Assembly: GCA_047611865.1 (NCBI GenBank)
Contig: JBLFWS010000039.1
Span: 1-22,927, forward strand
From: Chlamydiales bacterium
GTDB taxonomy: Bacteria; Chlamydiota; Chlamydiia; Chlamydiales; JBDQID01
Length of the DNA: 22,927 nucleotides
Direction: 5' to 3'
Part shown: positions 1 through 9,141 of the stretch, piece by piece
Layout of the letters: every line of letters starts with the position of its first letter
How positions within the stretch are numbered: the first letter of the stretch is position 1
Notes under the pieces: generated by a model
What the model was told of the DNA's origin: nothing
Databases searched by the model: none
What the model saw: only the letters and a program-made list of their open reading frames with translations
Position numbers and translations under genes: made by a program

Positions 1-102
1 ATTCAAGGTCTCGAAGATGGAGATGAATACGTAACAGATAATAGTTTTGTATTGAAAGCTGAAATAAATAAAAGCTCTTTCGGAGACGGTCATGGTCATT
101 AA
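1..102 (+). CDS. C-terminal end of an RND efflux periplasmic adaptor (CzcB/CusB-like), partial
   Basis: Frame 1 reads IQGLEDGDEYVTDNSFVLKAEINKSSFGDGHGH*. This fits the GLxxGxxxVxxxxFxLKAE...H-rich tail of CzcB-type membrane fusion proteins. It ends 12 nt before czcA. Confidence 0.85.
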   Translation: MQGLEDGDEYVTDNSFVLKAEINKSSFGDGHGH

Positions 103-114
103 TAAGGATCTCTA

Positions 115-3100
115 ATGGTAAGAAAAATCATAGGTTTAGGACTCCATAACCGTCTATTAGCTCTCTTATTAATGGGAATGATTTTTATTGGTGGTCTTCT
201 GACATGGCAAAGACTTCCCGTTGATGCCTTCCCGGACGTATCTCCCAACCTTGTACAAGTATTTACTGTAACTGAAGGTCTGGCCCCCGAAGAAGTTGAA
301 ACCTATGTTACCTATCCGATAGAGGCTTCATTAACAGGTTTACCAGGTGTTGAAAAAGTTCGAAGTGTTTCAAATTTCGGCCTTTCGGTAGTAAATGTCT
401 ATTTTGAAGATGGAATGGATATTTACTTTTGCAGACAGCTGGTTAATGAACGTTTACAGGAAGCTAGAGAACAAATACCAGAGGGTTTCGGCGAGCCTGG
501 AATGGGCCCCATATCAACAGGAATGGGTTTAGTTCTCTTTTATTACCTCAAAGACTCAACTGGGAAATATTCACTAGAAGAATTACGTGCAGTTCAAGAT
601 TGGATTGTAAAATTCAATTTACAAACGGTACCCGGAGTTACTGAAGTCTTAGGGATAGGAGGTTATGAAAAGCAATTCCACGTGATCGTAGATCCCAATT
701 CACTCATTCGATATGACGTAACTCTTGGTCAAGTAATAGAAAGAATCAAATCCAATAATTTAAATGTTGGTGGCCAATTTATTGAGAAAAATAGTGAAGA
801 ACTTGTTGTCCGCTCTTTAGGGTTAGCTACTGGTATCCAAGACTTAAACGATATCGTGATTAAAACTGTCGATGGGAGACCAATTTACCTACAGGATCTC
901 GCAAATATTGAAGTTGGAGGATCAATTAGAAGAGGACTCCAGACACATAATGGTGAAGAAGAAGTCGTCTCTGGAATGGTTGTTAAGCTTTATGGAAGCA
1001 ATTCTTCTTCGGTAATTGAAAGTGTTGAAAAAAAAATTGGGGAAATTAACCATATTCTCCCTAAAGGAATCAGCATTGTTCCCTACTATCAACAAAAAGA
1101 CATCGTTGAAGCTTCTGTTAGCACTGTATTCGACGCCTTAATGCAAGGAATATTTCTAGTTGTTCTAGTCCTACTTTTCTTTCTAGGTGGTTTTCGGCCA
1201 AGCTTTGTCGTCGCTCTTGCAATTCCGTTTTCTGTACTACTGGCTATAATTGGGATGGGAATTTTTGGCCTATCAGCTAACCTTATGTCTCTTGGTGGTT
1301 TGGCTGTAGCTATTGGAATGTTGGTAGATGCTACTATTGTTATGATAGAAAATGTTGATCGACTACTAAGAGAATCTGATTCTGAAGAACCTATACTCCA
1401 CTTGATTAGCCGAGCTTGCCAAGAGGTCGTAAGGCCAATTACCTTCTCCATCGTCATTATTATCGTCGTTTTTCTTCCCTTGATGACCCTGCAAGGTGTA
1501 GAAGGGAAAACCTTTCGTCCCCTAGCCTATACGGTATCCTTAGCTTTATTTGGATCCCTTATTTTTGCAGTTCTCCTAGCTCCAACACTTTCCTCATTTT
1601 TTATGCGCCGATCTTCATCAAGCTCACAAGAGCCTTTTATCGTAAGAACCTTGTTGAGGTGGTATCGACCTCTTGTCACATTCTTTGTACATCAAAGAAA
1701 AGTAGCCATTGTTTTTGCCGGATTTTTGCTAACGATAGGACTTGTTCTATTTCCCTTCTTAGGGTCTGAGTTCACACCAAAACTAAAAGAAGGGACTATT
1801 GTAGTCCGCCTAACAATGTCACCCTCAATCTCACTAGTAGAAAGTAAACGAATTACTATGCTGGTTGAAAAACGTTTATTGAAAATTCCAGAGGTTGTTG
1901 AGACGGTAACAAGAATAGGCCGAGGAGAAGTTGGGGCTCACGCTGATCCAATTAATTCAGCCGAGATGTATGTCATATTAAAAGCAAAAAACGAGTGGAG
2001 AAAAGAAGGAAATCAAGAATTTATTGAGAATATTATCAGGACTGAATTAGGAAATATTCCTGGAGTACAAGTAAACCTCACCCAGCCAATTGAGATGACC
2101 GTTGATGAGCTACTCGAAGGTGTAAAAGCGGAACTGGCTATTAAATTATTTGGTGATGATTTAGACCTCTTGAAAGAAAAAGCCGACAATATAAGTGCTG
2201 TAATCAATAATGTTAGGGGTGTTGAAGACCTTCAAGTAGATCAAATTAGTGGCACGCCTCAGCTACAAATACTCCCTGATCGACAAAAAATCTCTCGTTA
2301 TGGAATTAACATCGCTGATGTTCAATCTATCATTCAATCCGCTGTTGGAGGAGTAACAGCTGGGCAGGTCTTTGAGGGAATTCGCCGCTATGATATCTTT
2401 GTGAGATACCCACCTGAAGCAAGGGATACAATATCAGCCATTAAAAACATTTTAATCGATGCTCCTAATGGCAGTAGAGTTCCATTAAATGAACTTGCTG
2501 AAATTAAAGAGGTTGTAGGGCCACGGCAAATTACCAGAGAAAACAACCAAAGATTCATTAGTGTTCAGTGTAATGTCGTAGGAAGAGACATAGGATCTTT
2601 CGTAGAAGAAGCGCAAAGGGAAATTGATGAAAAAGTAGAGCTCCCTTCTGGATATTTCCTTACTTGGGGAGGGCAATTTCGTTTACAGCAAGAAGCAAAT
2701 AAACGTCTCTTCATTGTTATCCCAATTACTCTACTTTTGATATGTTTTTTACTCTATCTAAACTTCGGTTCAATCAGAAACACATTGTTGATTTTCTTGA
2801 ACATTCCCCTGGCCTTAGTGGGAGGCGTCGCAGCTTTATGGCTTACAGGGCAAAATTTGTCTGTGCCCGCCTCTGTTGGATTCATAGCTCTCTTCGGAAT
2901 CGCATTAGGAAATGGCATGGTTTTAATAAGCAGCCTGAATCAATTGATAGAAAAGGGAGTCGATATGGACGAAGCCTCAATAACTGGTGCATGCTTGCGC
3001 TTAAGACCCGTTTTGATAACAGCAGCCACAACAATTTTAGGCTTGATTCCCCTTCTCATTTCTAGTGGAACTGGAAGTGAAGTCCAGCGCCCACTTGCAA

Positions 3101-3210
3101 CAGTTGTAGTCGGAGGACTTTTCTCTTCAACAGTCCTCACATTACTTGTAATTCCGGCACTATTCAAATGGTTCTCAACACCTCAATATACAAATGGAGA
3201 GGAAAAGTAG
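115..3210 (+). CDS. czcA: CusA/CzcA family heavy-metal efflux RND permease
   Basis: 1031 aa with motifs LPVDAFPDVS, APEEVE, NLMSLGGLAVAIGMLVDATIVMIEN, EGKTFRPLA, RLRPVLITA and GSEVQRPLATVVVGG. SD AAGGA upstream. Confidence 0.95.
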   Translation: MVRKIIGLGLHNRLLALLLMGMIFIGGLLTWQRLPVDAFPDVSPNLVQVFTVTEGLAPEEVETYVTYPIEASLTGLPGVEKVRSVSNFGLSVVNVYFEDGMDIYFCRQLVNERLQEAREQIPEGFGEPGMGPISTGMGLVLFYYLKDSTGKYSLEELRAVQDWIVKFNLQTVPGVTEVLGIGGYEKQFHVIVDPNSLIRYDVTLGQVIERIKSNNLNVGGQFIEKNSEELVVRSLGLATGIQDLNDIVIKTVDGRPIYLQDLANIEVGGSIRRGLQTHNGEEEVVSGMVVKLYGSNSSSVIESVEKKIGEINHILPKGISIVPYYQQKDIVEASVSTVFDALMQGIFLVVLVLLFFLGGFRPSFVVALAIPFSVLLAIIGMGIFGLSANLMSLGGLAVAIGMLVDATIVMIENVDRLLRESDSEEPILHLISRACQEVVRPITFSIVIIIVVFLPLMTLQGVEGKTFRPLAYTVSLALFGSLIFAVLLAPTLSSFFMRRSSSSSQEPFIVRTLLRWYRPLVTFFVHQRKVAIVFAGFLLTIGLVLFPFLGSEFTPKLKEGTIVVRLTMSPSISLVESKRITMLVEKRLLKIPEVVETVTRIGRGEVGAHADPINSAEMYVILKAKNEWRKEGNQEFIENIIRTELGNIPGVQVNLTQPIEMTVDELLEGVKAELAIKLFGDDLDLLKEKADNISAVINNVRGVEDLQVDQISGTPQLQILPDRQKISRYGINIADVQSIIQSAVGGVTAGQVFEGIRRYDIFVRYPPEARDTISAIKNILIDAPNGSRVPLNELAEIKEVVGPRQITRENNQRFISVQCNVVGRDIGSFVEEAQREIDEKVELPSGYFLTWGGQFRLQQEANKRLFIVIPITLLLICFLLYLNFGSIRNTLLIFLNIPLALVGGVAALWLTGQNLSVPASVGFIALFGIALGNGMVLISSLNQLIEKGVDMDEASITGACLRLRPVLITAATTILGLIPLLISSGTGSEVQRPLATVVVGGLFSSTVLTLLVIPALFKWFSTPQYTNGEEK

Positions 3211-3217
3211 TAAATCA

Positions 3218-3544
3218 ATGAAAATCGTTACAGCATTTGTTAAAAACAATATGTTAACAGACATTATTTCAGCTCTTCACAAATTTGAAGGATTGACAGG
3301 GGCCAGCTTTTCTGAAATTCGTGGATTTGGAAAGACATACGGAAAAGAAGGGACTGATTATTCAGACAACCATCCCCACACAAGAATCGAAATTTCATGT
3401 AAAGACTCTATCGTAAATAACCTGGTTTCTACCATTCAGGAAAAAGCTAATACAGGATTAAGAGGCGATGGGAAAATTTTTGTCTCCACTGTTGAAGAAG
3501 TTATAAGGATAAGTACAGGAGAGAAAGGCGAGTCTGCAATTTAA
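3218..3544 (+). CDS. P-II family protein (metal-efflux-associated type)
   Basis: MKIVTAFVK...RGFGK...ANTGLRGDGKIFVSTVEEVIRISTGEKGESAI is the P-II signature. ATG 3218 matches the family N-terminus better than 3194. Confidence 0.9.
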   Translation: MKIVTAFVKNNMLTDIISALHKFEGLTGASFSEIRGFGKTYGKEGTDYSDNHPHTRIEISCKDSIVNNLVSTIQEKANTGLRGDGKIFVSTVEEVIRISTGEKGESAI

Positions 3545-3660
3545 GATTCATCAACACAAGCACTATAAGTCAGATCTTGAAAATCGTCTTTGTTTACAGG
3601 CTATATCTTAGGCCCGTTTACACAAGTAGGTGTTTGCAAGCTCTATTTTTAAGCAAAAAT

Positions 3661-3776
3661 GGGCATGGTTCAATTCAAGGTAACACTTTTTCCTAAGCCT
3701 ATAGGCTGTCTGAGCAAAATCTCGGATGACTTAAGAGAAGCGAAGGAATTTGTGCTTATGTAACTGAGTCATGCCC
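3661..3776. mobile_element. MITE-like repeat, copy 1 (116 bp, imperfect TIRs)
   Basis: Ends GGGCATGGTTCAATT and AACTGAGTCATGCCC are inverted at 12/15 positions. 3661-3787 matches 22801-22927 with 2 mismatches. Confidence 0.7.
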
Positions 3777-3830
3777 GATCTTCTAAAAATGCAGGTTATC
3801 AAAATTGATAAACGTTTTGTTCTTTGCTTA

Positions 3831-4051
3831 TATTGGAGAGGTGCCACTACCGTGGGACAGAATCTTTTTTTTTCTATCCGCGAGCTAAAGCACGGGGCTA
3901 TCAAGAGGGAAGACCACTACCGTGGCCTTAAGAAAAAATCACCTATACACCCCTCTCCAACAAAGAAATAAAATTATCCCATTATTAGCTAATTTGAATA
4001 AGCCGGCTATGGATAACTCCTAATAGCCACGGTAGTGGCACCTCTCCAATA
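3831..4051. repeat. REP/REPIN-like inverted repeat pair
   Basis: TATTGGAGAGGTGCCACTACCGTGG (3831-3855) and its exact reverse complement at 4027-4051. A third partial copy CCACTACCGTGGC lies at 3914-3926. Confidence 0.75.
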
Positions 4052-4132
4052 CTTCAAGAACAGGTAGCTTAAGCCATAGCTTTACTTTTCTCGATTTAGC
4101 CTTCGCAATTTTGGCAATTAGACATATTCTAA

Positions 4133-4190
4133 CGGCATGATCCCACAACCCTTTTTGTTACCTAAAAAAGCCTCTTTCTGAACCATGCCG
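4133..4190. mobile_element. Short (56-58 bp) element sharing the GGCATGGTTCA end with the MITE
   Basis: CGGCATGA...TGAACCATGCCG. The right end is the reverse complement of GGCATGGTTCA, the left end of the 3661/22801 repeat. Confidence 0.55.
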
Positions 4191-4226
4191 AAAAATTTGA
4201 CATTCTTTACATTTAATTACAGTCAT
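4158..4226 (-). pseudogene. Small CxxC ORF interrupted by the mini-element
   Basis: SD GGAGG, then ATG 4226 MTVIKCKECQIF, which runs into the element and stops at 4158. Confidence 0.35.
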
Positions 4227-4269
4227 CTTTCCCCTCCCTAATCCACTTACTCCCTTTCCTTTTCCATAC

Positions 4270-4317
4270 ATTATAGCAAAAATTTTTTTCTAGCACTTAG
4301 CAACCCCCTAGTGCTAA
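4270..4317 (-). promoter_or_regulatory. Extended -10 promoter overlapped by a CIRCE-like (HrcA) inverted repeat
   Basis: The minus strand has TGCTATAAT at 4278-4270. CTAGCACTT-N10-TAGTGCTAA at 4290-4317 compares with consensus TTAGCACTC-N9-GAGTGCTAA; the spacer is 1 nt too long. Confidence 0.45.
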
Positions 4318-4613
4318 CACTTTCTTTATAAGCAAATCTTAAAAGTACTGTTAGACCTTTACAAAGTTATTCACTCAAAATAAGTCGTTGACCACGCAAA
4401 ACAAGCAATTCCTCCCAAGCAAGCTCAAGAATTGCTTCATTATATAGTCTGCTTAAGACTTATATCTTTTCCTCTGGATAGAAGTTTTTATGGAACAAAA
4501 AGGCACTGACGAATATGAGCTCTATTACTTGTTAACAATTCCCAATAATTGTTAATATTCAACAACTTGCACTTTAAAATATAATATAGAACTCAAAATT
4601 AAAGGAATATATT

Positions 4614-5249
4614 CTGACTTCAGAAATTAGAAACAGAAGCTACCTCCTATATAACTCTGCATATGATGCAGCTGAAGAAGTCTCCGAACACGACCCTGAT
4701 GCTTCTGCAGAAACCTCCTCCCTATTAAACAGAAATATTGAGGTTCTCGGTAGAGATCAAATTAGCCATAACTTCCACGAAATCGACGCCGAATTCAGCA
4801 AGCTGAAGAGCAGCTACAATAAATCCTATTATCTCAGCCTGGCCTTCTTCGCCTCTCTACCTATTTTTTACGGTGTTGAAATCGCTATAGGCGGACCAGT
4901 TCCCGGACTCATCGTTGGCAGCGCTGTCAACTACGCTATAGCCAGAAGAATCTCACCCAACTACCCCAAGCTACTCGAAGGGTCTAAGTTTCTAGAAAAC
5001 AAAGTCTACCACCTTCACGAACAAATCAATCAAGTTCATGCTACATTGATAGCAGACGAAGATCTTCAAGAAGAAGACCGCGAAACAAAATCTTCAGCCT
5101 CTGTTTTAGCAAATTCCATATACGATATGAGAAGACATCTAGAGGAAAAAGTTAAAGCACCTGAAACTTCTCAGACTGCAGAAGACGCCATTCAAGCCGA
5201 CTACGAATTCTTTCGTTCCGAATACTTCATTAACGAAATGAATAGATAA
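4614..5249 (+). CDS. Hypothetical membrane protein, Inc-like, probable CTG start (211 aa)
   Basis: The frame is open from 4590 to 5249 with no ATG/GTG/TTG before 5046. SD AAAGGA (4601-4606) lies 7 nt before CTG 4614. A bilobed hydrophobic stretch YYLSLAFFASLPIFYGVEIAIGGPVPGLIVGSAVNYAIA is followed by a charged helical tail. Confidence 0.6.
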   Translation: MTSEIRNRSYLLYNSAYDAAEEVSEHDPDASAETSSLLNRNIEVLGRDQISHNFHEIDAEFSKLKSSYNKSYYLSLAFFASLPIFYGVEIAIGGPVPGLIVGSAVNYAIARRISPNYPKLLEGSKFLENKVYHLHEQINQVHATLIADEDLQEEDRETKSSASVLANSIYDMRRHLEEKVKAPETSQTAEDAIQADYEFFRSEYFINEMNR

Positions 5250-5253
5250 AATA

Positions 5254-5277
5254 CAGCCGCAGACCACTCTGCGGCTG
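5254..5277. terminator. Hairpin between convergent genes, likely terminator
   Basis: CAGCCGCAGA-CCAC-TCTGCGGCTG, a perfect 10-bp stem with AT-rich flanks. Confidence 0.7.
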
Positions 5278-5287
5278 CATTTCTTAA

Positions 5288-6877
5288 TTAGCGCACCACG
5301 CCAACTTTCTGGATTCGCATCCTGACTGCATCAATTACTGCATCATCCCTATAACCGTATCCGATGTGTACGGACCTGTTTGTACGAGTACCGCTTTTGA
5401 TCACCTCATTGAAATAGAGTACACGAGATCCTAATTGCACAGGACCCTCGACAAAAGCTATTTCCATAACAATATTTTCTACATCTATAGGACTTTGGTT
5501 TTCTACCGTGATAATCAAATGCCCGTATTTATCTGTCGATGCCCATATTCTAAGATATTTAGAAGGGTTGTTGGGGAGATCAATCATTGCAATACCTTGC
5601 CTGGCTTTAGCCCCTTCATTAGTATCGGACTGGGAAGCCGCACGGTAATGCTGTATGGCCTGTTCCACACGCCCCATCTTCATATACAGCTCTCCCATTT
5701 CATAATGAGCTTGTGCTGTTGGAAGCAACGTAAGGCTCTTCTCTAAGTCAGACTTTGCACCTTGAAGGTCTTGCATCTGCCTTTTCAAGATCCCCCTCTG
5801 CAAGTAGATCTCGTAATATTGAGGATTTAATTCTACCGCCTGATTAAAAGGTGAGATGGCTTCAGCATACCTACCTTCCTTCGTTAGAGCTTGACCCTTT
5901 AAACTAAAAAACATAGCTTCACGAGGTTCCAAGTCCATCGCTTGTTCTGAAAAGCTAATAGCATCTTTTAACTCCCCTGCTGCCATTGCCTGAAGTCCAC
6001 TTTCATAAAAATCATAGGCCTCCTTTGTCACTTTCAAAGTAGCTATGACACTTTGATATTCTTCTTTTCCCAGAAAGGCCTCTCCATTTTGAAGCCCACG
6101 CGCTGTTTTTCGGTTGGCGTCTATTCTTTCCTGGCTAGGAGGGTGTGTGGCCAAGAGACCTGATAACCAATCGGATTTTTTTCCACTCTTAGACAAGCGG
6201 AGAAAGGTCTCCTGCAACTGAACAGCAGCCATAGGATCATAGCCAACCCTTGCCAAATACTTCATGCCGAACTTATCAGCTTCTAGTTCATGACTCCGAC
6301 TATACTTCTGCACAAACAGTACGCCCATTACATTCGAGGCACTGCCAATCACCTTACTGTACTGATTATCTTTTGTAGCGATTCCCAATCCAGCCATTCC
6401 AGCTTGAAGCACCATACCTTGTTGCATGCGCTGTGCGGAATGACGTGCTGCCGCATGGACAATTTCATGCCCTAAAACAGCTGCAAGTTCCGCCTCGCTT
6501 CCCAGCTCCAGAAGTAATCCTCTGTTTATCGCAATCTTACCTCCAGGCAACGCCCAAGCGTTAGGAACGGAGTTGTTAAGTACCACAAATTCATAGGGAA
6601 GGTGGGGTCTGTCGCTTGCACTAGCTAACTTAAGACCTATCAGAGAGACGTAGGCCGAAACATTTGGATCCACGACATATTTCCCTCCCTGAGCCTGCTG
6701 TGAGACGAAATAGTTCTTTTCTCCAATGGCCACTTCTGATTTTTCCGAAATAAAGTTTAGCTCCCTTGCACCCGTAACAGGATTAACCCCACAACTTACG
6801 CAAAAAATCAGGATTCCCACCCATCCCATAACATTTAAAACCCTCGGAAACAGTCTCATTGTTTTCACCTTGTCCAT
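5288..6877 (-). CDS. M48 family zinc metallopeptidase with TPR repeats (BepA/YfgC-like), probable lipoprotein
   Basis: Motifs PNAWALPGG, ELAAVLGHEIVH (HExxH), YSRSHELEAD and THP, then C-terminal TPR repeats. The N-terminus has hydrophobic LIFCVSC followed by GVNPVTG. Confidence 0.9.
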   Translation of the reverse strand: MDKVKTMRLFPRVLNVMGWVGILIFCVSCGVNPVTGARELNFISEKSEVAIGEKNYFVSQQAQGGKYVVDPNVSAYVSLIGLKLASASDRPHLPYEFVVLNNSVPNAWALPGGKIAINRGLLLELGSEAELAAVLGHEIVHAAARHSAQRMQQGMVLQAGMAGLGIATKDNQYSKVIGSASNVMGVLFVQKYSRSHELEADKFGMKYLARVGYDPMAAVQLQETFLRLSKSGKKSDWLSGLLATHPPSQERIDANRKTARGLQNGEAFLGKEEYQSVIATLKVTKEAYDFYESGLQAMAAGELKDAISFSEQAMDLEPREAMFFSLKGQALTKEGRYAEAISPFNQAVELNPQYYEIYLQRGILKRQMQDLQGAKSDLEKSLTLLPTAQAHYEMGELYMKMGRVEQAIQHYRAASQSDTNEGAKARQGIAMIDLPNNPSKYLRIWASTDKYGHLIITVENQSPIDVENIVMEIAFVEGPVQLGSRVLYFNEVIKSGTRTNRSVHIGYGYRDDAVIDAVRMRIQKVGVVR

Positions 6878-6995
6878 TAGAAGAATAAATAGCCTTTATA
6901 CCGAATCAAGTTCAAGAAATACAACACCGGAGATAAAAGGAAAAGCGCCATTTACTTTACTGTGTTATCATATAATTCAAATGGGGTAGTCCGTA

Positions 6996-8306
6996 ATGCT
7001 TCAAAATCTTACACATTTTCTCACTAAATGGATCTGGCAAACGCCTCTGGAGGAGCTCTCCTGGATCAGGGCTTTTTTGATCAGGAACCTCCGTATTATC
7101 CATCTCTCTTTAAACGAGTTCCACAAAGACGATTGTAGCCTCCACGCCTCCGCTTTGACCTACTATACCCTCCTTTCCATTGTACCTATGCTCGCATTAG
7201 CTTTCGGCGTTGCCAAAGGATTCGGGCTAGATGGAATCCTTGAAAATGAGATACTCTCACATGTTCATGGCCAAGAGACGGTTATTTTAAAAAGCATAAC
7301 TTTTGCTCGCCAAATCCTGGAAAATACCCAAGGCGGTCTGATAGCAGGCATTGGAGTTATCTCTCTCTTCTGGACAATCATTAAAGTACTGACTTACATA
7401 GAGATATCCTCTAACAAAATTTGGGGAGTTGCTGAAGGCCGCGGATGGGCACGGAGGATTAGTGATTACCTCTCCATTAGCCTGATATGCCCTATACTGT
7501 TTATCGTTGCCAATGGTGCCACTCTACTCGTTTCGAGTGAACTCGAAGTCATAAGCGAGATGCTGGGCTACTGGAATCTGCCTTTATTAGTCATTCTTGC
7601 AATCTTGCCTTACTGTGCAATATGGGCTTTGTTAACCTTCCTATACCTCTGCATGCCCAATACCAAGGTACAATTTTCTGCCGCTTTATTAGCTGCAATC
7701 GTTGCAGGCAGTCTTTACCAAATCTTTCAATGGGTTATCATTGACTTCCAGATAGGAATTGCCCATTACGGCAGCATCTACGGAAGCTTCGCTGCCCTAC
7801 CCCTTTTCCTTATTTGGCTTCAGGCCAGCTGGCTCATAGTGCTTTTAGGTTCAGAACTTTCGTTTACCTACCAGAATATCGGAAGCCTGGAAAACGAACA
7901 TAGCTCAGAAGGAATGAGTTTTGCTCAGAAAAAACTCTTCGCACTAAACATAACCCAGCTTCTAGTACAAAACCTCTCCGATGGAAAGAAACCCTTGACC
8001 TTACGAGACATCCAGGAAACAGTTCAAATTCCTCCTCGCACTCTCAAAAAAATCCTCAGCGAACTGATCGACTGCGGCATCCTTTTCGACACGGCCTCCA
8101 AAGATGACGCCGTAATCAGATATTTTCCCGCACGAGATATTCATAGCCTTACTTTCTACAATATCATCCACGCCCTTGAGCAATACGAAAACAATCCCAG
8201 CCTGTTTGATGATTCAGCAAGGATACAGAAAATCTCTGCATCCCTGGAAACTTATGACGAAACGCTCAAAAACTCTCCCATCAACCACAAGGTCAAGAAC
8301 CTGTAG
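6996..8306 (+). CDS. YihY/virulence factor BrkB family inner-membrane protein with C-terminal wHTH-like domain
   Basis: Motifs ASALTYYTLLSIVP, NKIWGV...R, PNTKV and YGSIYGSFAALPLFLIWLQASWLIVLLGSE, plus a C-terminal Rrf2-like extension. Confidence 0.9.
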   Translation: MLQNLTHFLTKWIWQTPLEELSWIRAFLIRNLRIIHLSLNEFHKDDCSLHASALTYYTLLSIVPMLALAFGVAKGFGLDGILENEILSHVHGQETVILKSITFARQILENTQGGLIAGIGVISLFWTIIKVLTYIEISSNKIWGVAEGRGWARRISDYLSISLICPILFIVANGATLLVSSELEVISEMLGYWNLPLLVILAILPYCAIWALLTFLYLCMPNTKVQFSAALLAAIVAGSLYQIFQWVIIDFQIGIAHYGSIYGSFAALPLFLIWLQASWLIVLLGSELSFTYQNIGSLENEHSSEGMSFAQKKLFALNITQLLVQNLSDGKKPLTLRDIQETVQIPPRTLKKILSELIDCGILFDTASKDDAVIRYFPARDIHSLTFYNIIHALEQYENNPSLFDDSARIQKISASLETYDETLKNSPINHKVKNL

Positions 8307-9141
8307 GTTCAAGAGTATTTAACTGGGAAAATCTCTCTATAGCCAGCTCATCTTCTCGATTCAATATGATATGAGGGCGCTTTTGGAGGACATAATCCAT
8401 CGCCTGCTGAGGATTCATATCTTTGTATTTGACCATATAACAAACCATGACACTGGCACTTCTAGACACCCCCGATTTACAGTGCACATATACCGTCTCT
8501 CCCTTTTCCCTGCACTCGTGAATGTAATCTACAGATTTATTCAGGTTAAGAAAGGACATCGGTTTAAAATCTTCTGACGGATAATTCCTAAAGTCTATAC
8601 CTTCGCTTGCCCAATCTCTATCAGTAACCGGAACACCAAAAAGAGAAGGAAGGAATTCGAAATCCTCATTCAAAGAAAGCACCGCGTTAACCCCCAACTC
8701 TTCTTTCAGCTGCTGGAGATGTCCTTTGCTCTGCATAGGAAGAGCTCCAAGAATGATTCCCTCATCGATTTCACTCCACCACTGCCAACGCTCTCCCTGA
8801 CCCATCATATTTTGTATCATGGTCAGCCCGAGGGTGCATTCGTAATTAAAGTTCTTTGAGAGATGACCAGCTGCTGCATTCAAAACCATTAAAGCGACAC
8901 TAGAAACAAGCTGTAGTAATGGTTGGCTCTGAACTCTTTCAGATTGCATAAACACTTTACACGCCAGTACACCAGCTCCAGTAATAGCCCCAGCCCAAAA
9001 TAGAGGGCTCATAACCACTCTCTTGAAAACCTGCCCTATAGTACTTAGGGGCATTTTCTCTAATTGACACAAGAGACTATTTAATGATTGCGTGCCCTGA
9101 AGGGGTACTGCACCGCTGAGTATCGAATCGGTTGGATTCAT
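8293..9141 (-). CDS. Dual-specificity phosphatase, PTPMT1/PGP-phosphatase-like
   Basis: CX5R P-loop VYVHCKSGVSRSA, plus WWSEIDEGIILGALP, SLNEDFE and PSEDF. The N-terminal ~110 aa contain hydrophobic segments. SD GAGGT. Confidence 0.85.
   Translation of the reverse strand: MNPTDSILSGAVPLQGTQSLNSLLCQLEKMPLSTIGQVFKRVVMSPLFWAGAITGAGVLACKVFMQSERVQSQPLLQLVSSVALMVLNAAAGHLSKNFNYECTLGLTMIQNMMGQGERWQWWSEIDEGIILGALPMQSKGHLQQLKEELGVNAVLSLNEDFEFLPSLFGVPVTDRDWASEGIDFRNYPSEDFKPMSFLNLNKSVDYIHECREKGETVYVHCKSGVSRSASVMVCYMVKYKDMNPQQAMDYVLQKRPHIILNREDELAIERFSQLNTLEPTGS

Noticed and set aside
1089..3167. Small ORFs overlapping czcA
   Set aside because: Antisense or alternate-frame shadows of a well-conserved gene.
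3771..3971. 66-aa ORF
   Set aside because: It starts in the MITE end and runs through REP-like repeats; no SD or domain.
3661..4190. CRISPR array or integron attC sites
   Set aside because: The repeats are inverted and irregularly spaced, the RYYYAAC/GTTRRRY box pairing is absent, and there is no cas or integrase gene.
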